Below, one piece after another: positions 8,168-16,788 of a stretch of DNA of 64,000 nt (the first letter of the stretch is position 1; every line of letters starts with the position of its first letter). Where the stretch lies: positions 14,649 through 78,648 of the forward strand of contig CAVTIA010000013.1 in assembly GCA_963734635.1 (NCBI GenBank), read 5' to 3'. The stretch is from an uncultured Acidobacteriota bacterium (GTDB lineage: Bacteria > Acidobacteriota > Vicinamibacteria > Vicinamibacterales > UBA2999). Under the pieces are notes generated by a model. That model saw only the letters and a program-made list of their open reading frames with translations. It was not told the DNA's origin and searched no databases. A program made the position numbers and the translations under genes.

Positions 8168-8416
8168 TCAGCGGACGACGCGTTTGTCCTTGATGAAGTC
8201 GCGTCCGCGTATCGCTTCAAACGCGTTCTTCACCGCACCTACTCCGGGCATGACATCAAGTGCAGTGTCGAGCGCGCCGCCGATGAGGCCCTTCCGCCGA
8301 ATCGCGGTGCCAATGGCGGCGATGGCGACGAGCGCGCCGATCCACGGCATCGAGCGTGAGAGACGCCGCACCAGACGGCCCCGTGTGTATTGCGATACCT
8401 GCCTCATGATTGCCAT
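8168..8416 (-). CDS. small membrane protein (82 aa), function unknown
   Basis: Tail of ORF 8168..9079 from MAIMRQVSQYTRGRLVRRLSRSMPWIGALVAIAAIGTAI...DVMPGVGAVKNAFEAIRGRDFI. It lies in frame with, but beyond, the recognisable end of the MpaB-like domain, after a low-complexity linker. Confidence 0.35.
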   Translation of the reverse strand: MAIMRQVSQYTRGRLVRRLSRSMPWIGALVAIAAIGTAIRRKGLIGGALDTALDVMPGVGAVKNAFEAIRGRDFIKDKRVVR

Positions 8417-8639
8417 GCAGGTCGGGGCGAGCAAAGTGTGTTCCGCAGCCTGAGGACGTTGAGGCAGGTCGGCGCGTTGTGAAACACGTCGTCGCGAGGG
8501 TGGAAGCTCGACCGGTCGCGGCACTCTACTCGAACCCGGCTCAGCGATTCGAGCGTAATGAATTGCGACCCAATCTACTGTCCGCTCCCGAAACGCTGGC
8601 TCGCCGGTCTGGTGTCGCCGCTCCGCGTCGACCAGCCGC

Positions 8640-9438
8640 TGCGGACCGAGCTCGGCGATGCGATACCCGTCCGGATGTGTCCGGTTCGGGCTGTCGGTGA
8701 AAAAGTGCGGCTCGCGGCGTGGCGGCAGCCAACGCACCACGCCGCCGCGCAGCTTGAGCGCGCCCCTCAGCAGGGGTCTCGTCAACGGCAGTGGTCTGGG
8801 AAACCCAAATGCCGCGATGGTCTCGTCGTCGAACATGGCGTAGATGGCATATCGCACCAATGGTGTGAGCACGGCGGGAAACCACGACGCGAAGAGATCG
8901 CGCGTGGCCGATCCAACGCGCTGGTTCGACGCGGCGAAACGACAGTGCTCGCGCTCGTATGCGCGGCTCCACGCGTCGAAGGCCTCGTAAGATTCCGGAA
9001 TGTTGCGAATGCCCATCCGCGTGCCGACCGCGCGCCAGAAATAGTAGTAGCCGAGCCGCGCCCCCGCTCGTATCCCCACTTGCAGATCTCGGCGAGGAGC
9101 AGCGACGTGTCATGGTAGCGGCGCTGGGAATCATGATGAAACTCGCCGGTGCGGTCGAGCAGGGCGGAGATGCTGGGGACACAGAACGTGCGAAACAGCG
9201 CGATTTCCAGCGCCCGAACATGCCACCCGAGGCTGACGTCGGTCGCCAACCTCGGCTCCTTCCCGGCGTTCGCTCCACCGTCAACAGGGTTCAACAATTT
9301 CCCCTCGGAATAGCCCGCACTTTCGCCCCTGATTAGCGGCTGTTCTGGACCGCCGGTCCGGGGTTCATCAATCCAAAGGCCCTGATCCGGCCTATCGTCC
9401 CTAATTCGGCCTATCGTCCCGCGAAGCGATCCTCTCAC
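8640..9438 (-). pseudogene. MpaB/DUF2236-family oxygenase-like gene split by a frameshift at a C5/G5 run
   Basis: ORF 8782..9438 carries LEIALFRTFCVPSISALLDRTGEF...RYHDTSLLLAEI. ORF 8168..9079 continues with RLGYYYFWRAVGTRMGIRNIPESYEAFDAWSRAYE...THPDGYRIAELGP. The frames meet at ccccc 9057-9061. Confidence 0.55.
9388..9420. repeat. 14-bp perfect direct repeat cggcctatcgtccc x2 (5-nt spacer taatt)
   Basis: Read directly (9388-9401 and 9407-9420). Lies in the lower-GC spacer about 85 nt upstream of the 9503 ORF. Possible operator. Confidence 0.7.
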
Positions 9439-9502
9439 CAGGATTCATTCTCTGTGGCTCTGTGCGTCTGTAGCGCTGTTCTCTCTGATCTCAATTTCCT
9501 CA

Positions 9503-10615
9503 GTGTCTTCTTCTGCGGTATGGTGGTTCATGCCGCAACCTCCAGAGAAATCACGCACCGCAAGGGTTGGCTCGAACGTCAAAGCACACGACGCGCTGGT
9601 GGCGCACGACGCGCGAGCGGCTGAGGCGCGGATTAAGCCGCTGGTTCAACTGCACAAGGCGACCACACGCGCCCGCAAGGCATTTCTGACAAAGAGCGTT
9701 CGTCGCGTTGCCGACGACGTCGCGACATCCAGCCGCAACACGTTCAACCGGGCGCTGCTGAAAGCCAGGGGCGACGGCGCCGCAATTGTTCGAGCCCGTC
9801 GCAAGGCCCGCACCGCCAATAACCGGGCGCTGGCGGAGAAGATTCCAGGCGTTGCGGCGTTTCGCGCCGCACAGATCGCGAATGCGGATGTGTACCAGAA
9901 ATCGATCGCCCAGCAGCGTGCGGCCGCCTTTGATAGCCACGTTGATCTCGGCCCGGGCGCGGTGGTAAGCGATACCGTTGACTTTCAAGTCTTCGAAGCG
10001 CCCTATCCGCGCTTCGACGTTGCGACGCCAGGCGTCGGCGGCGTGGTGAAGGTCGATGGCACCTTTGCCGATCGCAGGCTTGGCATCGTTCTGAACCAGG
10101 TGCGAATCAACTGGGACAGCCACGAACCGCTCATCGCGGCGGGGTTCGACGTCCTCTTTCTCTCGTCGAGTACCGCGATCGGCGTGGACTACACGGTGCC
10201 GCAGTCGGGGCGGCTCTCGTGTTCGGCCGTTGTCCAGAACATCTACAACTACGTCACCTTCTCACTGAGCGACAACTGGGGCTTTTCCGATGGCGAGATC
10301 CGTTTCCGGATTCTGCTCTTCATCCGGATCATCCGCGGCAGCCAGGTGATCGCGTTCGACCGGTTGATTTTCGAGAACGGACTGATCGCGCTGCACGGGA
10401 CCAACATGCACGGCGAGTCATTCGACGACATTGAGATGTCTACGCCGTACACGCTCAGTGCGAAAACTGCGGAGACGTTCGCAGCAGGTGAGAGTGTTCA
10501 GCTGCTCATCGGCTCCCGCTTCGAGATCAGCGGCCAGCTGAACGACATGCAGGCGCGCGTGAACGGCACGATCGGCTGGCAGGTGACGAGCATCTCGGCG
10601 CGCACGAGGCCCTGA
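9503..10615 (+). CDS. hypothetical protein: Ala/Arg-rich helical N-terminus plus beta-rich C-terminal domain, no family recognised
   Basis: ORF of 370 aa with an alternative ATG at 9530. No motif I can assign and no TM or signal peptide. Confidence 0.6.
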   Translation: MSSSAVWWFMPQPPEKSRTARVGSNVKAHDALVAHDARAAEARIKPLVQLHKATTRARKAFLTKSVRRVADDVATSSRNTFNRALLKARGDGAAIVRARRKARTANNRALAEKIPGVAAFRAAQIANADVYQKSIAQQRAAAFDSHVDLGPGAVVSDTVDFQVFEAPYPRFDVATPGVGGVVKVDGTFADRRLGIVLNQVRINWDSHEPLIAAGFDVLFLSSSTAIGVDYTVPQSGRLSCSAVVQNIYNYVTFSLSDNWGFSDGEIRFRILLFIRIIRGSQVIAFDRLIFENGLIALHGTNMHGESFDDIEMSTPYTLSAKTAETFAAGESVQLLIGSRFEISGQLNDMQARVNGTIGWQVTSISARTRP

Positions 10616-10878
10616 AAGGTTTCTCGAATTACGTCCTACGAGCTTTGAGGACTTCCAGCGCCATCGGAATCAGTGAGACGGCGACGATGCCGATGGGGAC
10701 GAGCGAGAAGTTAGTACCGCTCCCGGTCAGGCCCGATGGTGCAAATCGATACTCGTCATCATCGGCGTGATGCTCCTCTTGAGATGAGGGATCCAGTCCC
10801 ACGAACAAGATCTTCGCTGCCTTGTAGCACCGCGAGTGGGCACAGTAAGATACCGGGCCGATTAACGGAGAGACTGAC

Positions 10879-12534
10879 ATGAAGCGATTCTGGCTGGCCG
10901 CATCGTTGCTCGTCGTGTGCGCCGCGTCAGCACTGGCCCAGACGACCGACGAGCTCGTCAATGACGGCAAGAGTGCGGACAACGTGACGACGCAAAGCAT
11001 GGGCTATGCGCGACAGAGCTACAGTCCGCTCAAGCAAATCAATGCGGCGAACGTGAAGCGCCTCGTGCCGATCTGGACCACGAGTGTGATGAACGACATG
11101 GGCGAGCTAGCCTCGCCGACGGTGTACAACGGCGTCATGTACGTCATCAACGGCAAGTGGACTTTCGCACTCGATGTTCAAACAGGAAGGCAGATCTGGC
11201 GCACGCCGGTCGTGCTCGAAGAAGGTACGGTCGGCGCACCGATCACCAGGGGTGCCGCGACGATCTACAACGGCAAGCTGTTCCGTGTGACCTACGACAA
11301 TCACCTGATCGCGCTCGACATGAAGACGGGCGTGGAAGTCTGGAATCAGAAATTCGCGGATAAGAAGGAAGGCTACTACGCCACCGGCGCGCCGATCGTC
11401 GCGAACGGTGTCCTGATCTCGGGAATGGCTGGTGGCGAGCGAACGACGCGCGGATTCCTCGACGGGTGGGATCCTGACACGGGGAAGAAGCTGTGGCGGC
11501 GCTACACGATTCCCGCGCCAGGCGAGGCGGGATCGGAGACGTGGCCGAAGAACAGCGATGCATGGATGTACGGCGGAGGTCCCACGTGGCGCTCGGGTTC
11601 CTACGATCCGCAGCTCGATCTTGTTTACTGGGGCACGGGCAATGCCGAGCCCTACGATCCACATCCGCGCGAGGGTCTCGACAGCCTGTTCACATCGACA
11701 GTGCTGGCGATTCGGCCGAAGACCGGTGAGATCGTCTGCTACTTCCAGTACACACCGAACGACGTGTACGACGTGGACGGGACCGACGAAAGCGTGCTCG
11801 CCGATATTCAGGTCGGCAGCCGTCTTCGCAAGGTGATGATTCAGGCGAACAAGAACGGATTCCTGTACGTGCTGGATCGGACCGATTGCTCGCTGATCGC
11901 GGCGAACCCGTACGTCAAAGTGAACTGGGCCACGCACGTCGACCTGAAGACGGGCCGGCCGGTATTGACCGATGTCTACAAGCGATTTTTCGCCGGCGAA
12001 GAAGTCGAGATCTGGCCATCGCGCGGCACCAACGCCGTACCGATCGCATTCGATCCGAACACCGGGCTCATCTACGCGAGCACGTGGGACGTGGCACGCA
12101 TCCAGAAGATCGCGCCGAAGAGGGAGCAGGTGCTGGGCGCCGACTCCACGGGTGTGACCTCCAGGATTCCCGACGTCCGTCCTGGCGATGTGCTCGGTCA
12201 CTTCGCCGCGATCAATCCGCTGACCGGTCAGAAGAAATGGGAGATTCCGCTGACAGACTTGCCTGGTTCCGCGGGGATGCTGGCCACAGGTGGCGGCCTC
12301 GTGTTCACGGGGAAGCTGACGGGGGAGTTCGTGGCACTCGACACCGCGACGGGCAAGACGCTGTGGCAGTTCCAGACGGGTTCGAGTATCAACTCGACGG
12401 CGATCACGTACACCCATAATGGCAGGCAGTACGTGACGATCGCGTCGGGCCGCGGCGGCGTGCTCGCGAACCGCTATGCCGGTGCGAAGGTGCCCTCCGG
12501 CGGTTCAGTCTGGACCTTTGCGTTGACGCCGTAG
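10879..12534 (+). CDS. PQQ-dependent dehydrogenase, methanol/ethanol family (8-bladed propeller)
   Basis: ORF of 551 aa. Signal peptide MKRFWLAASLLVVCAASALAQ. Typical family blocks (YSPLKQIN..NVKRL, GVMYV, LIALD..TG, WGTGNAEPYDP, NKNGFLYVLDR). GGAGAG sits upstream of the ATG. Confidence 0.9.
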   Translation: MKRFWLAASLLVVCAASALAQTTDELVNDGKSADNVTTQSMGYARQSYSPLKQINAANVKRLVPIWTTSVMNDMGELASPTVYNGVMYVINGKWTFALDVQTGRQIWRTPVVLEEGTVGAPITRGAATIYNGKLFRVTYDNHLIALDMKTGVEVWNQKFADKKEGYYATGAPIVANGVLISGMAGGERTTRGFLDGWDPDTGKKLWRRYTIPAPGEAGSETWPKNSDAWMYGGGPTWRSGSYDPQLDLVYWGTGNAEPYDPHPREGLDSLFTSTVLAIRPKTGEIVCYFQYTPNDVYDVDGTDESVLADIQVGSRLRKVMIQANKNGFLYVLDRTDCSLIAANPYVKVNWATHVDLKTGRPVLTDVYKRFFAGEEVEIWPSRGTNAVPIAFDPNTGLIYASTWDVARIQKIAPKREQVLGADSTGVTSRIPDVRPGDVLGHFAAINPLTGQKKWEIPLTDLPGSAGMLATGGGLVFTGKLTGEFVALDTATGKTLWQFQTGSSINSTAITYTHNGRQYVTIASGRGGVLANRYAGAKVPSGGSVWTFALTP

Positions 12535-12560
12535 CCTCGGGCGCTACGCCAAGAAAGAAT

Positions 12561-13133
12561 TCAGTACAAGCGCGTGGCGTTGCCCTCGGCGATGTCCCGC
12601 TCGTAATCCTGCACGGTCACGCCTTCCGGCCGGATCTGGTCGAACAGGACACACGCGTACGACGTCAGCGCGTCGTGTGCAGGCCATCCTTCGTATGCCC
12701 AGAGGCGCGAGCGCAGCAATGCCTTCCCGCAGTGAAAGAAACACTGATCGACCTCGACGCCGATCGCAAGCGATGGCATTTTGCCTCGTGCGAGCGAACG
12801 CCGGAGGATTTCCGGATCGCGCGTAATCCACGCCCGGCCGTTGACCCGTAGGCTTTCGTCGCGGCCTGGCACCAGGAAGACCAAACCGACGTGCGGATTC
12901 GTCAGCAGGTTCTGCATCCCGTCGAGCCGTTTGTTGCCGGGCCGATCCGGGATCGCAAGGCGGCGCTCGTCGAGTACCTGAACGAAGCCGGGGGCGTCGC
13001 CCTTCGGCGACACGTCACATCGGCCGTCTGCGTCTGCCGTGGCTATGAGCAAGAACGGAGAGTGCGCGATGAACGCGCTCATCCCGGCCTCTCCTTTGAC
13101 ACGCAACCTCGAGCGATCCTGGGGGCAGCTCAA
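12561..13133 (-). CDS. pyridoxamine 5'-phosphate oxidase (PPOX)-type FMN-binding family protein
   Basis: FIAHSPFLLIATADADGRCDVSPKGDAPGFVQVLDERRLAIPDRPGNKRLDGMQNLLTNPHVGLVFLVPGRDESLRVNGRA matches the MSMEG_1061-like PPOX family pattern. Confidence 0.8.
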   Translation of the reverse strand: MSCPQDRSRLRVKGEAGMSAFIAHSPFLLIATADADGRCDVSPKGDAPGFVQVLDERRLAIPDRPGNKRLDGMQNLLTNPHVGLVFLVPGRDESLRVNGRAWITRDPEILRRSLARGKMPSLAIGVEVDQCFFHCGKALLRSRLWAYEGWPAHDALTSYACVLFDQIRPEGVTVQDYERDIAEGNATRLY

Positions 13134-13144
13134 ACGCGTGCGTT

Positions 13145-13169
13145 GGACGCGCGCCTAAAGCGCGCGCCC
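13145..13169 (-). repeat. GC-rich hairpin (10-bp stem, TTTAG loop) downstream of the OMP gene; possible REP-family variant
   Basis: The minus strand reads GTAT-GGGCGCGCGC-TTTAG-GCGCGCGTCC, about 50 nt after the stop at 13220. No U-tract. Confidence 0.5.
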
Positions 13170-13219
13170 ATACTTCCACAAGGCCCTTTAATCAACAGTT
13201 GACGAACAATCCTTCCACT

Positions 13220-13936
13220 TCAGAACCGGTAGCTCACGCCGCCGCCGAGACGGGCGAGATTCCGGTCGCGATCGAGCCGGAAATAGCGGGCATCGACGTC
13301 GACGAACAGCCCCCTGAACAGGCGCAGGCTGGCGCCAGCGCCGGCGGAGCCCGCCACTCCCGTCCGCACGATTGACTCACCACCGATACTCTCGCCGCCC
13401 GCGCCCAGACGGAGGAGCGGGCGCACGACGGCGAACTCTTCGCTGGTCCTGGCGATGCCAAGACCGCCGCCGACGTACGGACGCAGACGGCCACCCTGCA
13501 CGGGCAATTCGTACCGAAAGCCTGCCGTAAAGAGCGCGATGTCGACATTGCTCCTGGCCAGCGGGACGGGCGGGAAGATAGCGATACGATCAAAGACCTG
13601 TCCGCGCATCGGGTCGGTCAATCCGCCCTGTGGACCGAGGCGCTCGCGCGTGACCAGGCCGCCGCGCACCGCTCCGTCACCAAAGCCGCCCACGGTCGCG
13701 AGCGGGCGCACGAAGTCGCCGCCAGCAGACTCGGTGGCGGTGAAATCCACCTCGAACGAGACGTGTTCCAGGAAGCGGTACCCGACCGACGCGGTCAGCG
13801 CGAGGTTGTCGTCGGCACCCGTGGCGGCGGCGGTACCGATCGAGAGTCGCACTCGCTCGTCCTGTGCCGAGGCCGGAAGTGCGAGCAACGTGAAAGTGAA
13901 AGCCCAGAACGCGGTTCGAAGATACAAGGTGCGCAT
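13220..13936 (-). CDS. outer-membrane beta-barrel protein
   Basis: AGGAG lies 8 nt upstream of ATG 13936. Signal peptide MRTLYLRTAFWAFTFTLLALPASAQ. Alternating beta-strand pattern and a C-terminal ...GGGVSYRF (terminal aromatic). Confidence 0.7.
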   Translation of the reverse strand: MRTLYLRTAFWAFTFTLLALPASAQDERVRLSIGTAAATGADDNLALTASVGYRFLEHVSFEVDFTATESAGGDFVRPLATVGGFGDGAVRGGLVTRERLGPQGGLTDPMRGQVFDRIAIFPPVPLARSNVDIALFTAGFRYELPVQGGRLRPYVGGGLGIARTSEEFAVVRPLLRLGAGGESIGGESIVRTGVAGSAGAGASLRLFRGLFVDVDARYFRLDRDRNLARLGGGVSYRF

Positions 13937-14170
13937 GCCAGATACTCCTGACGGTCGTCCCCGGCGCGCGCATGTCGCTTCCGGTGGACGAAAGGTCCGA
14001 AGGAACCACAAATGGTCCACTCGGGATGACAGAGCGAGTCACTCGGCCGGCCGCACAGGAAAAATGATGCCAACGCCGGGCTTCAGCCGCGACGGCGCGG
14101 GCGTCTCTCCCGTGGTGTCTGGCGCTGGCCGAAGAGCGACTGCTTTGAAGAGGCGATTTCCGATCGTCTA

Positions 14171-14464
14171 TCACCGAGGCTCGGACTTCGCTGCGTCCTG
14201 GTCCTTTTGCCCGGTCTCGTCCGTCGTCCGTTCAACTTCGATCGTGCATTCGGTCACAAGGGCGGCGATCGCCCCTACAGCCGCCAGCGGCGGCGCAAGC
14301 GCCGCGCCAACCACGCCGACGGTGAGCGGAAACTCCGCAATGGCGCGGCCATCTTGCTTGATGATCACGCGACGGACGTTTCCCTCATGGATCAGGTTCT
14401 TGAATGTGTCCAGCAAGAGCGTGCCACTCGCTCGGATCGATTCCCAGTATGTCTGCGTGCTCAC
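14171..14464 (-). CDS. DUF4342 domain protein
   Basis: The 97-aa ORF LIHEGNVRRVIIKQDGRAIAEFPLTVGVVGAALAPPLAAVGAIAALVTECTIEVER is the characteristic DUF4342 pattern. Confidence 0.75.
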   Translation of the reverse strand: MSTQTYWESIRASGTLLLDTFKNLIHEGNVRRVIIKQDGRAIAEFPLTVGVVGAALAPPLAAVGAIAALVTECTIEVERTTDETGQKDQDAAKSEPR

Positions 14465-14629
14465 AGTGCGACCTCCGACTCGGTGAGGATACCCTGTGTC
14501 GCTATAATCACGCCGACTCGTGCCCCCGGGCGCCCGGCGCCACTGAGCTGAATGGCGCTGCAGCCCGGCACTCTTTCATGTTCGCGTAGCAGCCTTGTGA
14601 CGCATCTGACCAGGATGAGGAGAACGCCG

Positions 14630-15586
14630 ATGCCGAATCGCTCGCTCGTTGCCTTGTCTTTCTTGTGCATTTCCGTTCTGACCGCCGCGACTGCGCATTC
14701 CCAGACGCTCCTGTCCGAGAAGAAGGACATCACCGGCTTTGCCGCGCGAAAGATGATCGAGGCGTGCATGGCAGAGGCAGCACGCGACCGGTACCCGATC
14801 GCACTGGCAGTCGTGGATTCCGCCGGCTACCTGCTTTCGTATCAATCCACGGATGGAGCGACAGGGAACACGGGTGTGACGGCGCAGCTGAAGGCGAAGA
14901 CCGCCGCGAAGTTTCGTCGCCCAACCGGCGAGCTGTACGAGCGCGTGAACAGGCAGATCAATCGCGCCCCTGAGTGGATGGGCTATTTCCCGATTCCGGG
15001 TGGCTTCCCCGTCGTTGTTCAGGGCGAAGTCGTCGGCGCTATCGGCGCCGGGGCAGCGGGCTTATCGGGCGGCAAGGACGAGGATTGCGCGCAGAACGCC
15101 ATCAAGTCCGTATTTGGCGACGGCAAAACATTGCCGGCCAGCCCGCAGCCGCTGCTCGCGACCCGCAAGGTGATCACGACGGGTGCAGCCCGCGCGCTCG
15201 TAGACGCGTGCGTTACCTATGCCGGCCAAAAGAGGTACACCGCCCTGGGCATTGCCGTGGTGGATCCCGATGGGACGCTCGTGTCGTTTCAGGGGACAGA
15301 AGGCGCAACCGCCACAGCGCTCGAGACGGCAGAACTGAAGGCAACGACGGCGGCGCATTGGCGACGCCCGACGATCGAGTTGTGGGAACGCGTAAACAAG
15401 CAGGTGAACCGCGCGCCGGAATGGATGGGCGATTTTGCCCAGCCGGGTGGGTTTCCGATCTTCCTGAATAACGAGATGGTGGGAGCGATCGGCGCCGGCG
15501 GAGGCGTTGGCAATCAGGATGACGAATGCGCGCAAGCCGCAATCAAGGCGGTATTTCCCAATGCCTCCACAACTCGGACGCCCTGA
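14630..15586 (+). CDS. secreted protein with two tandem GlcG/DUF336 (HbpS-like heme-binding) domains
   Basis: GAGGAG upstream of ATG 14630. Signal peptide MPNRSLVALSFLCISVLTAATAHSQ. There is an internal duplication: INRAPEWMGYFPIPGGFPVVVQGEVVGAIGAG.. and VNRAPEWMGDFAQPGGFPIFLNNEMVGAIGAG.. Confidence 0.8.
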   Translation: MPNRSLVALSFLCISVLTAATAHSQTLLSEKKDITGFAARKMIEACMAEAARDRYPIALAVVDSAGYLLSYQSTDGATGNTGVTAQLKAKTAAKFRRPTGELYERVNRQINRAPEWMGYFPIPGGFPVVVQGEVVGAIGAGAAGLSGGKDEDCAQNAIKSVFGDGKTLPASPQPLLATRKVITTGAARALVDACVTYAGQKRYTALGIAVVDPDGTLVSFQGTEGATATALETAELKATTAAHWRRPTIELWERVNKQVNRAPEWMGDFAQPGGFPIFLNNEMVGAIGAGGGVGNQDDECAQAAIKAVFPNASTTRTP

Positions 15587-15598
15587 CGGATTGAGTGC

Positions 15599-16414
15599 TC
15601 AGTGCGAGTGGACAACCGTCTCCAGGGTTCCGCTTCCTGTTTGCCCAATCGGTGCGAACCACAGATTCTCGCTGTCCGCGCGAAGATACTTGCCGACAAC
15701 GACGTAACCATGATTCGCAAAGTAGTCGAGGATCTGCTGCCGCACCGGAGCGTGGGACTCAACGCCCACCAGGCGCGGCCGGAACCGCTCGATCGAGAAC
15801 CCCTTCAGTGCCTGCGGCTCGTGCAATTCGATATCGATCGACAGGAAGTCGACTGCACGAATACCGTGGCGATCGAGGATGTCGTCGAGGGTCATCGTCT
15901 GTGCCGAAAGGGCATCGGTGGATGAATGGGATTCCGCCTCGGCAAAATGCTTGTCAAACGACGCGATGGCATCGTTCGAGGGCACGTAGAGTGTCGCTTG
16001 CCGATCGGATACATCAGACACGAATAGCGGAACGAAAGTGGTCAACGGCCGCCGTGCACGGTAGTCGGCGGCGAATTTGGTCTGCGGCTCAATAGCAAGG
16101 CCAGACCATCCGAGCTGGCTCTCCAGGTAGTACGAGTTGCTGTCGCGCTGGTAGTGGTTTGCACCCACGTCGACGAACACGCCGCCTCGTCCATCCTGGA
16201 AAAAGTCGCGCAGGATCCATTCTTCGCCGTACCTGGAATTACGGGTCGACCCATAACGTGTCGCCAGCGCCTGCAGCTCGCTGTTGCCGCGCCACAAGTA
16301 CGGCCTCAGCCGATACTCCGTGCGGTAGACGCCGACGACGTATCCCAGCACTGTGCCCATCACGACCAGCATCGCCAGTCCGACGACGTTCAGTGTCCGT
16401 TGCGCGACCTTCAT
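15599..16414 (-). CDS. FkbM-family methyltransferase with N-terminal TM anchor
   Basis: AAGGAG upstream of ATG 16414. VFVDVGANHYQRDSNSYYLE...GLAIEP...VDFLSIDIELHEPQALKG is typical of FkbM. Confidence 0.8.
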   Translation of the reverse strand: MKVAQRTLNVVGLAMLVVMGTVLGYVVGVYRTEYRLRPYLWRGNSELQALATRYGSTRNSRYGEEWILRDFFQDGRGGVFVDVGANHYQRDSNSYYLESQLGWSGLAIEPQTKFAADYRARRPLTTFVPLFVSDVSDRQATLYVPSNDAIASFDKHFAEAESHSSTDALSAQTMTLDDILDRHGIRAVDFLSIDIELHEPQALKGFSIERFRPRLVGVESHAPVRQQILDYFANHGYVVVGKYLRADSENLWFAPIGQTGSGTLETVVHSH

Positions 16415-16788
16415 CTGATGTTGCTCCTTGACGGCGGGTCCGACACGATCCGCCGTGCGTCTGCTGGCGGGTCCGAAAGGACCCGGCCTACGGAGGTGAA
16501 TCGCGGACATGCTCTACCGCTGCCGCACACCCGCGAATAGCAGGTTTGTGGCCAACATCCGACGACCGGATCGCTGCGGCGTCGCGACCGGATCGCGCCA
16601 GCCTCGAGGGAGTTACGACGGTTTTCTCAGGGGGCCGAACGAGTGACGTCCGACGGCAGGCGGCGACAATTGCCACGTGCGATACAAAAATGTCCGGCGG
16701 TAACGAATTTGTCGGTGCTGCGTGGACGTTGTGGTCAAACAGTGATTGCTTGACACTCGCCGGCAGCACGAATTAGACGTTCTTTGCA

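Noticed and set aside
9287-9308. gggttcaacaatttcccctcgg resembling the tRNA-Leu T-arm/3' end (gggttcaattccctcctccgg), considered as a possible distal att site.
   Set aside because: Only the first 8 nt match exactly and the rest needs gaps. It lies inside the MpaB-like reading frame, and no integrase is present.
10629-11000. Minus-strand ORF whose C-terminus (APSGLTGSGTNFSLVPIGIVAVSLIPMALEVLKARRT) resembles a tripartite sorting signal, considered as a possible sortase substrate.
   Set aside because: There is no LPxTG/LAxTG motif, no N-terminal signal peptide and no SD. Its only ATG overlaps the PQQ-dehydrogenase start (CATG). It is too weak to call.
11107-12417. Very long antisense or off-frame ORFs throughout the track (for example 11107..12417-, 13455..14486+, 24675..25610-, 27623..29140-, 48002..49381-, 54864..56040+, 56730..57710-, 58508..59290-).
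   Set aside because: They overlap genes with clear family motifs on the other strand or frame. They are Arg/Ala/Pro/Gly-rich low-complexity translations typical of stop-codon-poor GC-rich DNA, and they carry no motifs.
12529-12549. cgtagc-ctcgggc-gctacg hairpin over the PQQ-dehydrogenase stop, considered as another REP copy.
   Set aside because: The stem is only 6 bp and formed by the GTAG/CTAC tails themselves. It lacks the GC stem plus TTNA loop architecture of the family.
14503-14508. Perfect TATAAT upstream of the GlcG-like gene.
   Set aside because: There is no acceptable -35 hexamer at 16-18 nt (tcggtg) and no extended -10 TG. A lone hexamer is insufficient.
16749-16777. TTGACA-N17-TTAGAC upstream of the 16789 methyltransferase, considered as a promoter.
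   Set aside because: The -35 box is perfect, but the -10 box matches TATAAT at only 2 of 6 positions. The implied TSS would leave almost no leader.
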